Source: Moniliella sp. 'wahieum' (Eukaryota). From it: DNA of 64,000 nucleotides. Made by a program: the position numbers and the translations under genes. The DNA lies in assembly GCA_003971905.1 (NCBI GenBank), contig RSEE01000046.1, positions 124,001-188,000 on the forward strand, given 5' to 3'. Each line of letters opens with the position of its first letter. The first letter of the stretch is position 1. Under the pieces are notes generated by a model, which had not been told where the DNA came from, did not search any database, and worked only from the letters and a program-made list of their open reading frames with translations. Positions 28,809 through 42,342 of the stretch are shown here, in pieces.

Positions 28809-29296
28809 TAGCAGTCAGCACCTGAGGCCCAGTGCACCTTCTGATGCGCAAAAGCACTACTGAGTACTGATAGGCGGGGTGTGCTCCTATTCAACTCTGA
28901 AACGTACGCTCTGTTGCGACACTGGTGACCGGTGACATGTGACATGCGACCAGTGGCTGCAGGGCATCAGCAGTGCTCTTACATTTCTTCTGCTCCACCC
29001 TTCCTGCGAATAGGAAGCATAGCTCTTGGGAGAGCAAGAATGCAGTGGATGTTACGACTTCACCACCTCCATTCCACAGTTAGCTGCACAATAATCACGC
29101 AGTACCAAAAACTCGGATTAAACGAAAGAGGAGATCATCGAGCAGGGGGTATACTGGTGGCCGCGATTGCATTTCAGAGAAGCCAACTATCGAATGGCTT
29201 CAAGACGTCACTGGATATCATTTACAGGCGAAACATATCAGCGCCAAGCGTTCCCGTCGGCTGCGAGCAGGCGAGATGCAGATCTGAGAGCATCAA

Positions 29297-32200
29297 TCAA
29301 TCAGGGCTTTCTCCCGTTTGGCTTGGGGCACCATAGCGAATCTTGTCGTTCGTGGTGAAAGGCTCCTGCTGCTTCTTTAGGTTTTCTTGCCTGCGCACTT
29401 CTGCGTCCAAAAAGTTGACCGAAATCTCCTTCCATTGCTTTTTCCCCTGCCTGCCATACAGATACTCCGACCCGTATTTTTCTTGGAACCTGGCAAGATC
29501 ACCCCCACATTCCCTCCAGCAAACCACGAACATTCTCTTTGGTATCTTGAGCAAATCGTAGAGATTGTCCTCAGCTGTAATGCTCCACCACATCCAACGA
29601 TAGGGGTCTTTGAGCACCGTGCTCATCTCGAGGGGATGAACGTAGTCCACTGGGAAAGGGGAAGTCTTCTCGATCACATTCTCCCGGGCCTTTTCCTTGC
29701 CGTCCTTTGACTTCCTAACCATCTTCTTGCTCAACAACAACCTCCGGTTGAGCTCAAAAGGCTTATCAACAAATGTGGAGGGATCATCAAGGCTGACCCC
29801 CGCTGGAATAGGGGTGGGCCTGAATGAGGGATGTGGAACAGGTGGGGCCAACCCTGGTGCGAACAGCCGGGAAGGGATGGGCGTAAGAGGAGCGGCATGG
29901 GCGTAAGGAGGAGCGGCATGGGCAGAGGAACAGGAGCAGGTGGAGGTCCAGTGGGAGGAGCAAGGAAATCAGTCGTGGCAGGGGCAGCAGCAACTGGTGG
30001 TGGTTCGTCGGAGTGCAAGAAAATCAGTCGTGGCAGGGCCTGCAGGAACAGGCGGTGGAGTAGTAGGTTCCAAGGGCGGGACAGTAGGAGCAGGGGTGCA
30101 CCAGAGCAGGAGCAGGAGCAGGTGCAGGAGCAGGAGCAGGAGGAGCAGGTGCAGGAGCAGGAGCAGGTGCAGGCGATGGAGCACCATTAGTGGGAAATGC
30201 AATGGGTGGAACCCTAGCATGATCAAGAGCCGTCGGGAATGCAGAGACCTCATGCTGGATGGAGGGCGAGGCTCTTGCAGAGCGTACAGGGGTGGGGGTG
30301 TATTGTTGACGGCCAAGGGGCCAGGCGTTTGGCGCAGGCCTCCAGGCGCGCCAGAATTGGGATTTTCGACCAGATGCCGAATACCCATCGAAGGGTTCTG
30401 CAGCATCTGATGCCCAATCCTTTGCTCGAGGCCCACTATCGCCTGGATGATGCTCGCCGTCTGATGCCCAGTCCATTCCCTGGCTTCCTGGATCTCATGC
30501 CGGAGCCTTTGCTCGAGGCCCGCCATCATTTCCGTGACGAATAATTTGAGCTCCGAGTTCACAAGTGTTGCAGTCCTCTCCGGAATCGCATCCAGCCGCC
30601 GTCCCATGCGCTCTTCGACGTTAAGCACAATGCGTTCGACATCGCTGAGGGGAAGGCCAGTCTCTGGGATGGCATGCCGACCCACAAACTTCAACTTCCA
30701 TGTGATCGCACCTGTGCTCGATAACCCCCCTTTGGTCCAAAACAAACGAACCAGGGCAAGATTGTTGAGCCGTGACCACCCACCCCACCAGCGAACCTGT
30801 TGGAGGGTCTTAGGCCGCTCGCCATATTCCTCGGCAAAGTTAAAAGCATCTTGCGCACCACCACGCCGAAACCCATGGTAGTATAATGACCAGTAATGTT
30901 TCTGAAGTGGGGATTGCAACGCAGGGTTTGCTTGAGCCATCCACTGAACGTCTTGTAGGTGAAAGCCGCCGTCGCTCGAGGAAAGGCGCATCGTCCGTGC
31001 GGCGATGCCTAGGGAAGGACGCATTTCTCGCAAGTCGCGGAAACACATACTCGTCATCCTCCAACTGGTACCCAAACAGCTGGCAGTGCTCCCTCCAGCG
31101 CTTCACGATCTGCATGGCACTGGCCCTCGGTCGCCCAACCAGATCGAAGAGAAGATAAGTCTGTCTGTTGTCTGGGCTGTGCTCATTGGTCCTGCGAAAC
31201 GTGACCCTTCGAAGAAAAGACATGTCAGAGTGGGAACAGTAACGAAGAAGGTACACTCACGTACCGAAAGCGCGTCTCCTGCGACCGCCTCGTGATGATT
31301 TTTAATGTCCCTCCCTTCAGGTCCAATACCTCACGTGAGCGAAGCCACAGACGGTACGCGAGGATGCACGCCGTCAGCAGCATAAGGGGCTTGGTTTCGG
31401 AGGGTTATATACTGGAGCCCCTCCGGCCCTCGCGATGAAGGAAGGGTCGGGCATTGCCCGCTTCAACTGATCCTCCAGGACATCAAGGATTTCTACCAAG
31501 TCCCAATACCGGATCGCATTGGAAGAATGCGACACACGTGGATCACGTCGATGGCGGTTGTGAGCTGTGCGCATCATTGCGACCAGCTCGTTGTTGCGCG
31601 CTGGATTGCCCACGAAAGTGTTCCAGTCAAAGAAGTGGGGGGAGGTACAGTCGGGATAGGTCATTTCGAACCACCACAGCAAGGCGGCGTGCCGCCCAGA
31701 CAGCGTGTCAAATTGGACACGCTCGAACATTAACGTTTTGAAAAACCAAAGATTGACTGCAAACGCCGTGCGGTTGGTTTTCTTCTCGAGACAGTCGCGA
31801 AAAGCTCGCATGCATGGGAGGGCGAGAAAATCGACAAACCGTCGTATCGCAGACTGATATTTGCGCATGGTCGACGGCGCGATGGGTTTTTTGGATGTTA
31901 CTCCACGTAATGTGGTTCCCAGGTCGCCTCCATTGCGGGCATGTTCCAAGAGGAACCCTTGAAAATCTACGCCTGGTACATATCTCCACTTCACCAGCCG
32001 GTTCGGGGTCCCCAAGCGTGGACAGCACCGGTACTTTGTCTGATCCTCCGGGTCCAGGCATATAAATGACAGCGTCAGCATCAGTTAAGTCCTCTTGCCC
32101 ACACTGTCTTTAAGGGCTTGGAAATCCGAGTTGGAAATCGATAACTCGACGCCGTAAATTTTGAGTCTCACACAGTTCCTCCTGCAGTTGGACCGGATCG

Positions 32201-32549
32201 TCCAGGTTCTCCAGTCCTGCGTCGCGGCCGAGAGTCATGTCATCATCGTCATCATCGGAGGAGCCATCGTTGTCTTCGTCGTCTTCGTCGTCTTCGTCGT
32301 CTTCTTCGGGGACGACAATGGCAGCGCCGTCTGCATCCACGGGCCTCTCCATCCCAACAAGAGGGGTGCCGCTACAGCCTCGGCGGCGCGAGCGGCAACA
32401 GCAGCGGGGGTGCGGCGCAAGACCGGAGTACGGCGCCCGCGACGGGGCGTGCGGTTGGCAGCGGCGCGGCCATCATTGAGCAGGGGAGAGGGGCGATGGG
32501 AGCGCCTGCGGGCGGATGGGCGCGGGCGCGGGGAAGGAGAAGGGACCAT
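29297..32549 (-). CDS. Tyrosine recombinase of the Crypton-like element (frameshifted)
   Basis: Acidic N-terminus; SAM-like PSTMRKYQSAIRRFVDFL; FVGNPARN; box I LWLRSREVLDL (Arg codon 31339-31341); intron 31207-31264 joining to VTFRRTNE; DDEYVFPRL; box II YHGFRRGGAQ..VRWWGGWS; Pro/Ala linker; C-terminal WRECGGDLARFQEKY domain. Confidence 0.8.
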
Positions 32550-32797
32550 GGTGGGATGGTGGCTGTGGTTGTTTTCGTCGTTGGGCCTGCTGGGCGAGCA
32601 GGAGTGGACTTGGCCGAGGTGCGGAGGAACCGTGCTACGCGTTACGGCGGGGCCAACGTCCACGCTTGCTGAAACGTTGCAAGGCGAGCGCCCACCAGCT
32701 TAGGTCAGCATGGGGGAAAGCTGCTGGGCCTTTAGCATGGGGGCAGTGTCCCCTTCGGGTCTCAGGCTAGGGGAAAGCAACGCCTGGACAAATTGTA

Positions 32798-33029
32798 GAG
32801 TGCGACTTGGGAGCCTATGGCTCAGCTGCAAAGCAGCCTTCAGACAAGGCGTGAAGGCAAAGTGTGAGCCACAAGTCTTCAAGCAACGTCTGAAGGGAAG
32901 GAGAAAGGAGAGAGAGAAGGGAAATGGAGCGAGCAGGGCGTGCGCGGCTGCGGCGGAACTCTTCCGCTCGGCTAGGCGAGCGTCACCGATCCATTGAGGG
33001 CCATGCAATGGAACCCTAGCACCACCCTC
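32798..33029 (+). repeat. Dispersed repeat, copy 1 (homologous to 62935-63224)
   Basis: Shared collinear blocks gagtgcgacTtgggag, cagctgcaaa..cagccttc, ggcgtgaaggcaaagtg, tgagccacaagtcttc, aggcgagc, ttgagggcc, accctagcac.accctc. Confidence 0.85.
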
Positions 33030-33326
33030 TAACACAAATGCCTCATCGATCTCTCTGTGTGAGCGCAAACGGAATTCTATTGCCTGATGCTGATTATTGA
33101 GAAGGATTGAGCATGAATGAGTAGACTTGCAGAAAAAGGGGTATTGCCAGGTCAGTTGTCAAAGACGAAGGGAGAATGCGAATGGGTGTGGCGTAGCATG
33201 GCTCCGCATTTCCTGCAAAGTAGTGCGTAAAGAAGGAAGAGTGCAAATAACACGAAGGGTGTGCATGTGCCTTTTGAAGTCACTTCGCGTCGAAAAGCAA
33301 AAAAAAAAGCACTAGGGTTAAGCACA

Positions 33327-36300
33327 ATGATGCGGTTGGCTCCACGTGGCTGCCACAAACAGCAGCGAGCATCGAGCCGAGCATCGCCGCCGACATCGCC
33401 GCCAGCATCGCCATTGCATCGCCCTTCATGCTCGCGGCGCATGCCGAGCACCTCGTCGAGCAGAGTCACCACTGTCAGTTCGGCCCTGCGCCGGGCCGCG
33501 CGAGCGCGCGAGCGTGGCTACTTTTCCGCCGCCGCCGCTGCCCCAGCCACGTCTTATGCGGCTCTCCTCGTCCATACCGATACCTCGGCCCTCGCCCTGA
33601 CTGCCTTCGCCACTGAAGCTGCCCAACGCGCCCTTGCCTATGCCCTTCCCCCTCCCCTGGGGGCAGCGGGAACCATGCCGTTCTCATCAGATGCGGGGCC
33701 CGATGACGTGCCGCCCCACCTCTAGCCCACAACCACGACCGCCGTCTCTCCTACCTAGCCACTGGAATCCCCGCCTCCACCCGGTTTCCGGATTGGGGAT
33801 CAGCACCGCGTCTTCCACCGCCCAAGGCTTCGCTCCGCCGATGCCTTCGCCCCAGCCCATGTCCACGCCCACGCCCACGCCTGTGCCCAGGCGGTTTGGA
33901 GGCGATTGCTCAGGACAATTCGGAGACAGGTCTGTTGGCCTCCTTGTAATACTCAAAGCGCAGCTGCGCGAGGTGGGCGAGGTACGTCTTTGCCTCTCCC
34001 TTGCTCGTATCCCCCTTTGTCAAGACCGTTCTTTGTCCTCGCACGAGCGGAGCAGTGACGTCGGCAGCACTCCAAGCCCTGGACCGCATGCTGCTGCATG
34101 GCCTCATCCCGGCAACCGGCGATGCTTCACACCAAGCTGCAGTTGTGGATGTGGCACATGCCGTTACTCACTGCCGTTTTGAGGCCAGTGACCCAGTGGC
34201 TGACGAGCTGGTGTTGTTCCGCATCCTGTCTCTCATGCGCCAGCTTGTTTGTCCCTCTCACCCCGACGCTCTCCTGCCTTGGTGCTTCCGAATGAGGCAG
34301 TGTGCGAGATTGTGGAGACAGCGCTTAGCATGGCTTGTCAACCCGTTTAAGTGGTGTGTCATTTTCATTGCCTGCCATTCGCTCCGACTACTGACGCGCA
34401 ATTTTCCTTCAGATGTGCTCCGCCGCTCGGCCAATCAGACACTGTGCCAAATTGTCCGGACTCTCTTTAACAAGCTTGATGACTTACCTTCTCAGCAATT
34501 GAGTGTGTCGGATTCTTCTGCCCAGGCGTCATATTCGAGCGAGCAATTGGACCTTTCCGAGGGTGACCTTCAGAGGAATGCGTCGCATGACCCTGCCTGA
34601 CCCCAAGAGTCACGAAATCCCGAGTGCCGGGTTGGCTCCTGCGATGACAGAGACTAACTAATGGAGGCTCGGTATCGTCTGCCGAACAAAAAGTTGAGGT
34701 GGAGGACCAACGCGCAATCGAGGCTGATATGATGCCGGAGGTGACGCATCTGCCCCAGCGCCCGCCCTGTCCCGTGATTGTGCCAGATTCGGCCCCAAGC
34801 TACGACGTGACAGCCCTCTCGAACATTCTGCAGGTCATTATCGCTCTTCTGGACCCCCGTGCGGGGGGACGACAGATGCAATGCGGTTCCTTGGAATGAA
34901 CGTGATGATGGCCCTCGTCGAGGCTCATGGCACCTCTCTTTTGCTCCCGACACGCTCCGAACCCAGATGCAAGACACGGCGTGCAAGTTCCTCTTCCAGT
35001 TGGCGCAATGTGACAATCCCAACATTGTCACTATTCCCTTCGCATCATCCAGCGCTGTTTGACTCGGCTGGCTACTGGCTCAAGTTCCAGCTCGAGTTTT
35101 CCTGAAAGAGATCTTTGTCAAATTGGCGCCCACCTTCCCACTTCCCTGGAGCCTTGGAAGGAACACGGAAGCACCGACCCCTTTTGTCTTTGCCTCGCTC
35201 CTCCCCTGCTACCCCGACTCTTGGCACCATGCCGCCCCCGCCCCCGCCTCCACCGCCTCCACCGCAACCAAATCAAGTGGCAAGGCGCCGCTGGCGGGCG
35301 AACTGAGAGCTTATGTCGAGGCACTGTGCAGCCTTGTTAGCAGTCTCTCTCGTGTGGGTGGTGATGCCTATGTGACGCTATGGGCCAACTATGATGTGGA
35401 AGTGGACGCTGAGAACTTGGTCGAACAGCTGGTGCGCTTTTGGTCTCGTGCTGTTTTGCCAGCAGCCAGCTTCAACCCAGGGCCAGGCCAATTCAAGCCA
35501 AGGCCAAGATGGGCTGCAAATGGTCGCGCTGGATGCAATTATTGGCCTCGTCCAGGCCCTCTATTCTCGCCAACAAAACCCCGACTTTCCTCAGACAGAG
35601 CTTTGGCCCACTGCCCTCCTACCGCCTGCCCAGTTGGCCGAGAAAAAGGAGCGCAAAGCTACCCTCCTCGCCGGTGCTGAGGAGTTCAACCGCAAGCCCA
35701 AGAACGGGATCGCCTTCTTCCGGGACCATGGGATGCTACCCTCCGCACCACCAGTTGACTCGGCCGACGAAGCTGCCAAATCCGGGATGATTTGGCCATT
35801 GCCCGCTTCCTACGTTCCTGTCCGCGCCTGGACAAGAAGGGGTTAGGTGAATATCTCGCCGCGCCCGCGAACACGGGCATTCTCGAGAAGTTTGTAGGCT
35901 TGTTTGACTTTAGCGGTTGCAATGTCGCCGACGGCCTGCGCACGCTCCTGGAATCGTTCCGCTTACCCGGCGAGGCACAGCAAATATCGCGCATCACCGA
36001 GACGTTTGCGTCGCATTACTTTAGCTTTGGTCCGCCCGGCATTGCTTCTTCGGACGGGGTGTATGTGTTGGCATTTTCAGTGATTATGCTCAACACCGAC
36101 CAACATAACCCGCAAGCAGCTAAGCGCCGGATGAAGCTGGATGATTACCGGAAGAACCTACGCGGAGTCAACGACGGCAAGGATTTGACCAAGACCTCCT
36201 CGCTGAGCTGTACGAGTCGATCAAACAGAGGGAGATCATCATGCCCGAGGAGCATGCTGGTGCGGCTGGGTTCGACTTTGCTTGGAGAGAGTTGTTGGGG

Positions 36301-38838
36301 CGCACGCGCGCGTCCGACGTGCCCCACTTGGTGCCGTGCTCGACTAACGCGTTTGACCGGACACTGTTCGAACGTTCTTGGCGTCCGCTTGTTGCTGCCC
36401 TGGCGCAGGGTTCTCTACGTTCCGTGACGAGCAGCTATTGGAACGTGCGATTGCTGGGTTCCGCCAATGGCCGCGCTGCCTCGCAGTTTGGTATGGTTGA
36501 ACTGTTTGACTTTATGGCCCAGACGTTGGCAGACGCGACAGGGCTGTGGACGATTCTCTGAGTGTAGGGGTCACAATGCCCATGTGGAGCGACAACAGCC
36601 TCCTTCACTCATCAAGGAAGGAGAGACGATCGAAACCGACGCTGCAGTCTCGTTCGCCGAGGGCGCAGAGCCCGACGTGTTGGTCGTCGGTCCGTTAGTG
36701 TTGGGTTTGGGCTCAACTTTAAAGGGCAGATGGCTGCCGTGGTACTGTTTAACATTGCCAATGGGAACGGTCATTCGATCCAACGTCGTGGCCGGCAATC
36801 TTGCGGATTGCCAAGAACCTATTTGCTCATTCCCTCGTGCCTGCCGAGCTGGGCAGCATGTTTTTGTTCGGCAAGCCGGCCGAGGACATCCCACTTCGGC
36901 CTAAACGATTGGCCCATGCCCCTCCCCCCGATTCGCGCGGACAGGCGGTCTCTTCTCCACGCTGTCGTTATCTGTTGGCAGGCGGGCCCGGGGGCGGAGC
37001 GGGTTCATTGGGAGCTACGAGACTGCCTACCCTCCTCCTGATGTGACAGCGGAGGATGTCGAGGCGACACTCTGCACGCTCGACTGCCTTGCCTCATGCC
37101 GGATTGAAGATATCTTTGCCCAGATGGCGGACCTAGACGGCGAACGGTTGGTTCAAGCGGTCGCCTCGGCTCGTGAGTTGACCGATTGGCACACTCGACC
37201 GCCTCGCGGCGGCCAAACTGGCATTGGGCCCCGAGTCAGGCAGCTCAACCCCACGCGTCGGTCGGGGATGTGGCGACAGGTGGGTCAGCAACCAGCACGC
37301 CTCGGTCTAACCTCGCGTCCAGGGGTCCAACTGGTCCGTGGGCAGCTGCCGTACGAGCCAGCGGCCATGTTCCTACAAGACGTCTGACACAGCTCGTCGT
37401 CTCGGCTCGTGCGCCTTCGGAGCCGCCTGGCGTCTGGCTATGGGGCACTTTGTTGCGGTGCTCTCTGACGCGACGCGCTTCCATCCCTTGCTGGTTGAGC
37501 GAGCGGTGGTGAGCGTGCTTCGTTTGTTGGCCGTCTCACCAATCCCAACAGAGGAAGAAGCCGAACCGGCTCCTTTGTCCCACTCCAGCAGAACCGATGG
37601 TGATAGTGCCTGCACCGAGGGCGGTACGGGATGAGGCGCTGGTGGCACTTGATGCGCTCCGTGCCATCCCGCCCGACCTGGTGCCAGCCATGGCAGAACA
37701 GCTGATCCTCGGACTCGGCGCACTGCTTGCGACGCGGGGCGCTGCACTCTTCGTCCACCCCACCGAGTGGAACGTAGTGTTGACGCTGATAGGGCAATGT
37801 GCCTTTGCACGCAACGCGAGGCCGCAACGGAGGCTTTGGTGGTGCTCCGTGATCTGGCCCTTGGAACCGAGTCGCGGCCTTCGTTGCTGTCGCTGGCCAA
37901 CTATGGCGGGGTAGTGGGTCTGCTACGAGAGTTTGCCCGGACCTCGGATGTGGTGGCGGTGGCGCGAGCGCAAGCACACGCGAAGACAGCCACCCGGCGC
38001 ACATTGACCGAAAGAAGGAACAAGCGGAGTACGATGCAGCGGCTCAACAGCGAGGACTCGGTGCGTTGGTCCTGGGCGAATTGAGATATGAGGTGCCGCG
38101 TGCTGGCACAATTACCGCCGCTCGCGACGATGACGGTGGGAGCGAGGGAAGCAATGGATCCCAGCCCAGCAGCGGCCACGGCTGAGCCGGCAGAAGAGCG
38201 GAGCAAAGTGTGGAGCCGGCTGTGGATGGTGTGCTGGACGCGCTGGCTCAACAGGTGCTGAATGGCTTCCGCGCTGCGCGGCACGAAGCAGTGGGACTGC
38301 TACAAAAGGTATTGCTGGCACCGAGCTGCTGGACTCGCTGCCGGAGAATGCGAAGAGGGGCGCGGCGGTAGCGAGCTTGCTCCATGCCACCGTCTTTCCC
38401 GCCCTCGACATGGTGCTGAGCCCGAGTGCGGACCAGGTGGACGCGGCCGGTGGGCTAGGGAGACGCGGGAGCGGCTGGCGGCCATGCTGGGCAAGGCACT
38501 GCTGGCGTACCTGCCGACGCTAGCAGCCGACGACGGCGCGGGCTGGTGGCGGTGGGGAGCCGACGCTGGACTTATTCCGTCGGATGCTGGTCGTGGCACG
38601 ACGAACGCGCGGGGGGGCAGGAGTAGGAGAAGAGGCGGTCGCAGAGACGATGAAGAACGTAGTACTCGTCGTGCATTCGGCGGGGCTGCTGGTGCCGCCT
38701 CCGACAACGCCACCCGATACGCGCAGCCAGCTGCAACAAGCGGTGTGGCGGCGGCAGCGCCGCGCCTCGCCTCGGCCCTGCCGGGTTGTTGGAGCAAGTG
38801 TGCGAGCAGGAGCAGATGCCGGTACACAGGATCAGTGA
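33327..38838 (+). CDS. GEA2: GBF1/Gea-type Sec7-domain ARF guanine exchange factor
   Basis: DCB region (TSGAVTSAAL..AVTHCRFEASDPVADELVL), HUS-like LWANYD, Sec7 domain (AEEFNRKPKNGI, RLDKKGLGEYL, LESFRLPGEAQQISRITETF, IMLNTDQHNPQ, RGVNDGKD) and an HDS C-terminus. Intron at about 34354-34412; many indels; ends are approximate. Confidence 0.92.
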
Positions 38839-38848
38839 TCCCATCAGG

Positions 38849-38964
38849 TATCACCGTCATTGCCATCGTCATTGCCGCTATCATCATCATCATCGTCACT
38901 ATCATCATCATGATCATCAACGTCACCACCAGCACCATAACCATAACCATCACCATCACCACCA
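38849..38964 (+). repeat. Degenerate (CAT/CAC)n trinucleotide microsatellite downstream of GEA
   Basis: catcatcatcatcgtcactatcatcatcatgatcatc...caccatcaccaccat. Confidence 0.85.
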
Positions 38965-39732
38965 TGGGTACACTGTTGCTCTCACTAATCTATACAATGC
39001 AAAGCATCGATCAACTCCCTCGTTCCTGCCGCCGGCCGCCAGCGGCCTTGGCTTGCTCCATCCGTGCGTGCCCCGTCCCAGGCAGCGCAGGTATCCTTCC
39101 GTGCCCAGAGGCCGATTCCCACCGGGACAGGAGGGTGGGACAACGATCCGCAGTCGACGCAGTCTGCTGCCCAACCCGAATGAACTCTTTGGCTGTGCTT
39201 TTTTCCACCTCCGCACTCGACTTGCCGCATCCCTAATCGTCCACGACCCTAGCGCGCTCTGCCTGCCTCTGCTCCTTCTTCTCTCCTCCCTGCACCTTGA
39301 CACCCCTGAGTCCTGTTGGCATTGCATTCACCTGTTTTGTCTTGATGATGTGGAGGATGTGGAGGATGCGGCAGGTGACAAGCGGGCCTGTACTAGAAAA
39401 GCCCCGGTCTGGTCAGATCCATGCAGGGAGGAGAAGCCGGAGGCAGACCTGTGCCGCCCGGATAGCCATCAGCCAGGAACAACCAGGCACAAAGAGAGGA
39501 GTGGGTTATAAGCGCTCATCCATAGCGCAACTGAAATGTTCAGCGGTGTGCGCCGCTAGGCACGTGATCCGGGCGGCCTAATCGAACCGCCTATCGCCCC
39601 ATCGCACGCCGCCCACCGCTCCCCGGCCCCAGCAGCCGCTCCGCCACTGCGCCGCCCCGCCGCCTCCCCTCGCGCTCCCATCCCCACCGGCCGCGCCTGT
39701 CTGCCGCCCGCGCCTCGCCTGCCCTCGCCGCC

Positions 39733-42342
39733 ATGGGCAGCGGCGCCCACCACACCACACGCGCCGGCCTCAGCTCGCCTGCCTCCACCTACAGCATGCA
39801 CCCCCGCCTCCGCCCCAGCCCCCCCACCCGCTCCGCCTCGCCCAGCCCCCCCCGCCAGCCTGCACCTCGACACACCGTCCTCACCCTCGCCCACCCCCCC
39901 GCCGTCTCCAGCCCGCCCCCTGCGCCTCCTTCGCCCAGAGGCAGCCTCCATCATGACCCAGCTCATCCGGGCGACCACCCCTCCTCCTCCCCCCCCTCGG
40001 ATGCGCGTCTTCCTGCTGTCCCTGACACCCACGCCGCGTTGGACGACGATACCCGCCACGCGTGGGATGTGTCCGACGATGACGATGAGGACGACGCCGC
40101 ATCTTTTCGTCCCATGAGGACCTCAGCCACACCCGCACCCTCCTGGTTGGCGCCGACCCAGATCATGACCGGGTTGCTGATGATAACGACAGTGACATCG
40201 CTGATGGGGAGACTGCCCCTTTGCTCCGCTCTGCCAGCCCCAGTACATCGGCGCCGACCGACTACTCCAGCGTTGGTGCTCTCCGTGGCCTCTTCCACAT
40301 GCAAGTGCGCAGTCGCCTCTGGCACGCTCTTGTGCACGGCCGCAAGCGCCGTACACCCGCTGTCTTCTCAGGCTTGTCACCCTTATCAGTCGGGCTGAAC
40401 CTCTTTTCCAATGCTCTTCATCCGCCGTGCTCCTTTCCGCTCCGACCTATGCATGGGCCGCAGGCCCTGCTTCAATGCCTGGCTTGGTGTCAGTTGCTCT
40501 CTTGGGCGGGGTGGGAGGCGGGCTGTGGGTTGTGCTCGGGCGGTACGTGCAGGCCAAAAACATCGAGGCCATCGTCGCTGAGGGCTTCGCCCCCGCCCCT
40601 CGACCTGACGGCCTCATTGGTTCTCACAGTCGCGGGGTGTAGCGCCACAGCCCGTGTCTAGCTGGCATCTGGCTCGCTCTCTACACTACAGGCTCTGCTG
40701 CCCTCGCCTACTTTGGCTTGGTCGAGACGAGCCACCAGCTCTTACTCACGTGGGCGCAGTCAATTGACCCCGCTTCCAGTGCAGCCAAATGGCTTGCTCT
40801 CATATTAACGTCTCGGGCGACGGCCACCTTTGGAATTTCTGCTCTGCCCACATTTGCCCTCCTTGCCTTGCCTCTGGCCAAGAGAAACATCATCAAGCTC
40901 AATGCCTGGCTTGCCGTGTTGGTCTATCCTCTCCTGCTTATCATTCTGCTTTCGGCCACTGCCGATTCCGACTCCTCCTCATCGGCAAGTCGGATGGCCA
41001 CGTCCGCAATCCCAATCAAGCATCCGCCTTGGGACTTTCGTTGGACCGGGCCCGGGCCAGGATGGGACCCGTGGCAGCCTCCGTCGGTATGGGGGGCCTG
41101 GTCGCTGTTGCCTGTGCTTACGCTCAGTGGGTCACCGACCCAAATGGTGCAGCACGCCCGCTCTCTTCGCCGTCCAGGTCAGGGCCAACGAGCAACACGC
41201 CCCAGTTCATGGCGGCCCAAGCGGGACAGGTGTTCTGTGTCCTAATCATTTGTGCCGTTGTTGCGCTTCCCATTGGCGTCAGGCTCCCTTCGCCTCCCGC
41301 CGCTGCGAAAATAGGTGAAAAAGCACACGAATCTCATCCGCGTCCCCCAGCCAATCTACTGGCCGCTTTCCCGCTGGACGAGGATAAGTTTACCTTGCTT
41401 CGGGTCAGTATGGTCTTTCTTCTGGCCTCCCATTGTGTGCTCAACCTGCTTGCAGCAAGGTCAAGCTGGAGCCGCGTGCTGCATCGGGTGGGACTGCACC
41501 CATTCAAGCGTCCGCCCTGGTCCAAAGTGCCAATCCAGCTTCCCGATACCGATCCCGAAGGCGAGCCCTCCTCGGCGGGCGTGTCACGAAGAACATCAAG
41601 ACGGTCACTACGCCGAAGTGCGCGCCCTCTGCGTGGCGAGGCTCGAAAATGAGCAAGACGCTGCGCAACGCGTGGGGCGGTTTGGTGCTCTGGCTTATCG
41701 TCGCCTGTGCTGCGACGTGGGCTCAATGGGGATCGGAAGGCGATCGGTTTATTGCATCGGCACAGTGGGTGGGCTTGTTGGGAGCCGGAGCAGGGTTTTG
41801 CTGCCATCGATGGTATGGGTGACGATGTTTTGGGTGCGCAAGCCCAGGCGAATTTTTGCCCTGGCTGCGTTGCCCTCCAACGCCCAGGCAGTCCCCCGTC
41901 AAGCAGGCACAAATGCCGGCCTTCACTCGTGGAACTCGCTGACGCGCCTACCGCCCCCGCCTCCACGAGCCGTGCACCACCCGCCCGTCCCGTCCGCTCA
42001 GAACGGAAGGGAGATCGACTTGATCCCTGCCCCCCACCATCCGGTGGGGATACGTTGACTACGGTCCAGCTGCCTGTGCGAGACGAGGCAGGTGGGCCGT
42101 CGGAGCTGGGGTCAGAAACGAGAGCCGTGCGTGCGTTTTACCCGCTTGCCCCGCATGGCCAACCAGGCTTGCATGGAGTCGACGACGATACCGCCATCCT
42201 CCTCGCCCGCAAAGAGCGCCAACTTCAATCGCGCACGCGGCGTCATCGTGCATGGCAGGACCTGCTGGTCCTGGCGGGCGTTTTGCCCCTTGGTCTGGCA
42301 CTAGTGGTGTGCGGAGCGATCGATTTGCGCTGTTCAATGTGA
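39733..42342 (+). CDS. Multi-pass membrane protein resembling amino-acid transporters (Aa_trans/AVT family)
   Basis: Pro-rich and acidic cytosolic N-terminus, then NLFSNAL..LLSAPTYAW, LGGVGGGLWVVLGRYVQAKNIEAI and about 10 hydrophobic segments across frames. Confidence 0.55.

Larger units (their letters stand above)
29297..33029 (-). mobile_element. Crypton-type tyrosine-recombinase DNA transposon (ends not resolved)
   Basis: A single tyrosine-recombinase gene with introns and no reverse transcriptase, sitting between the divergent host genes HXK and GEA. Its upstream region is repeated at 62.9 kb. Confidence 0.7.

Noticed and set aside
38786..39511. Poly-His ORF, and the overlapping poly-Ile/Thr and poly-Met ORFs
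   Set aside because: These are translation artefacts of the CAT/CAC microsatellite downstream of the GEA stop.
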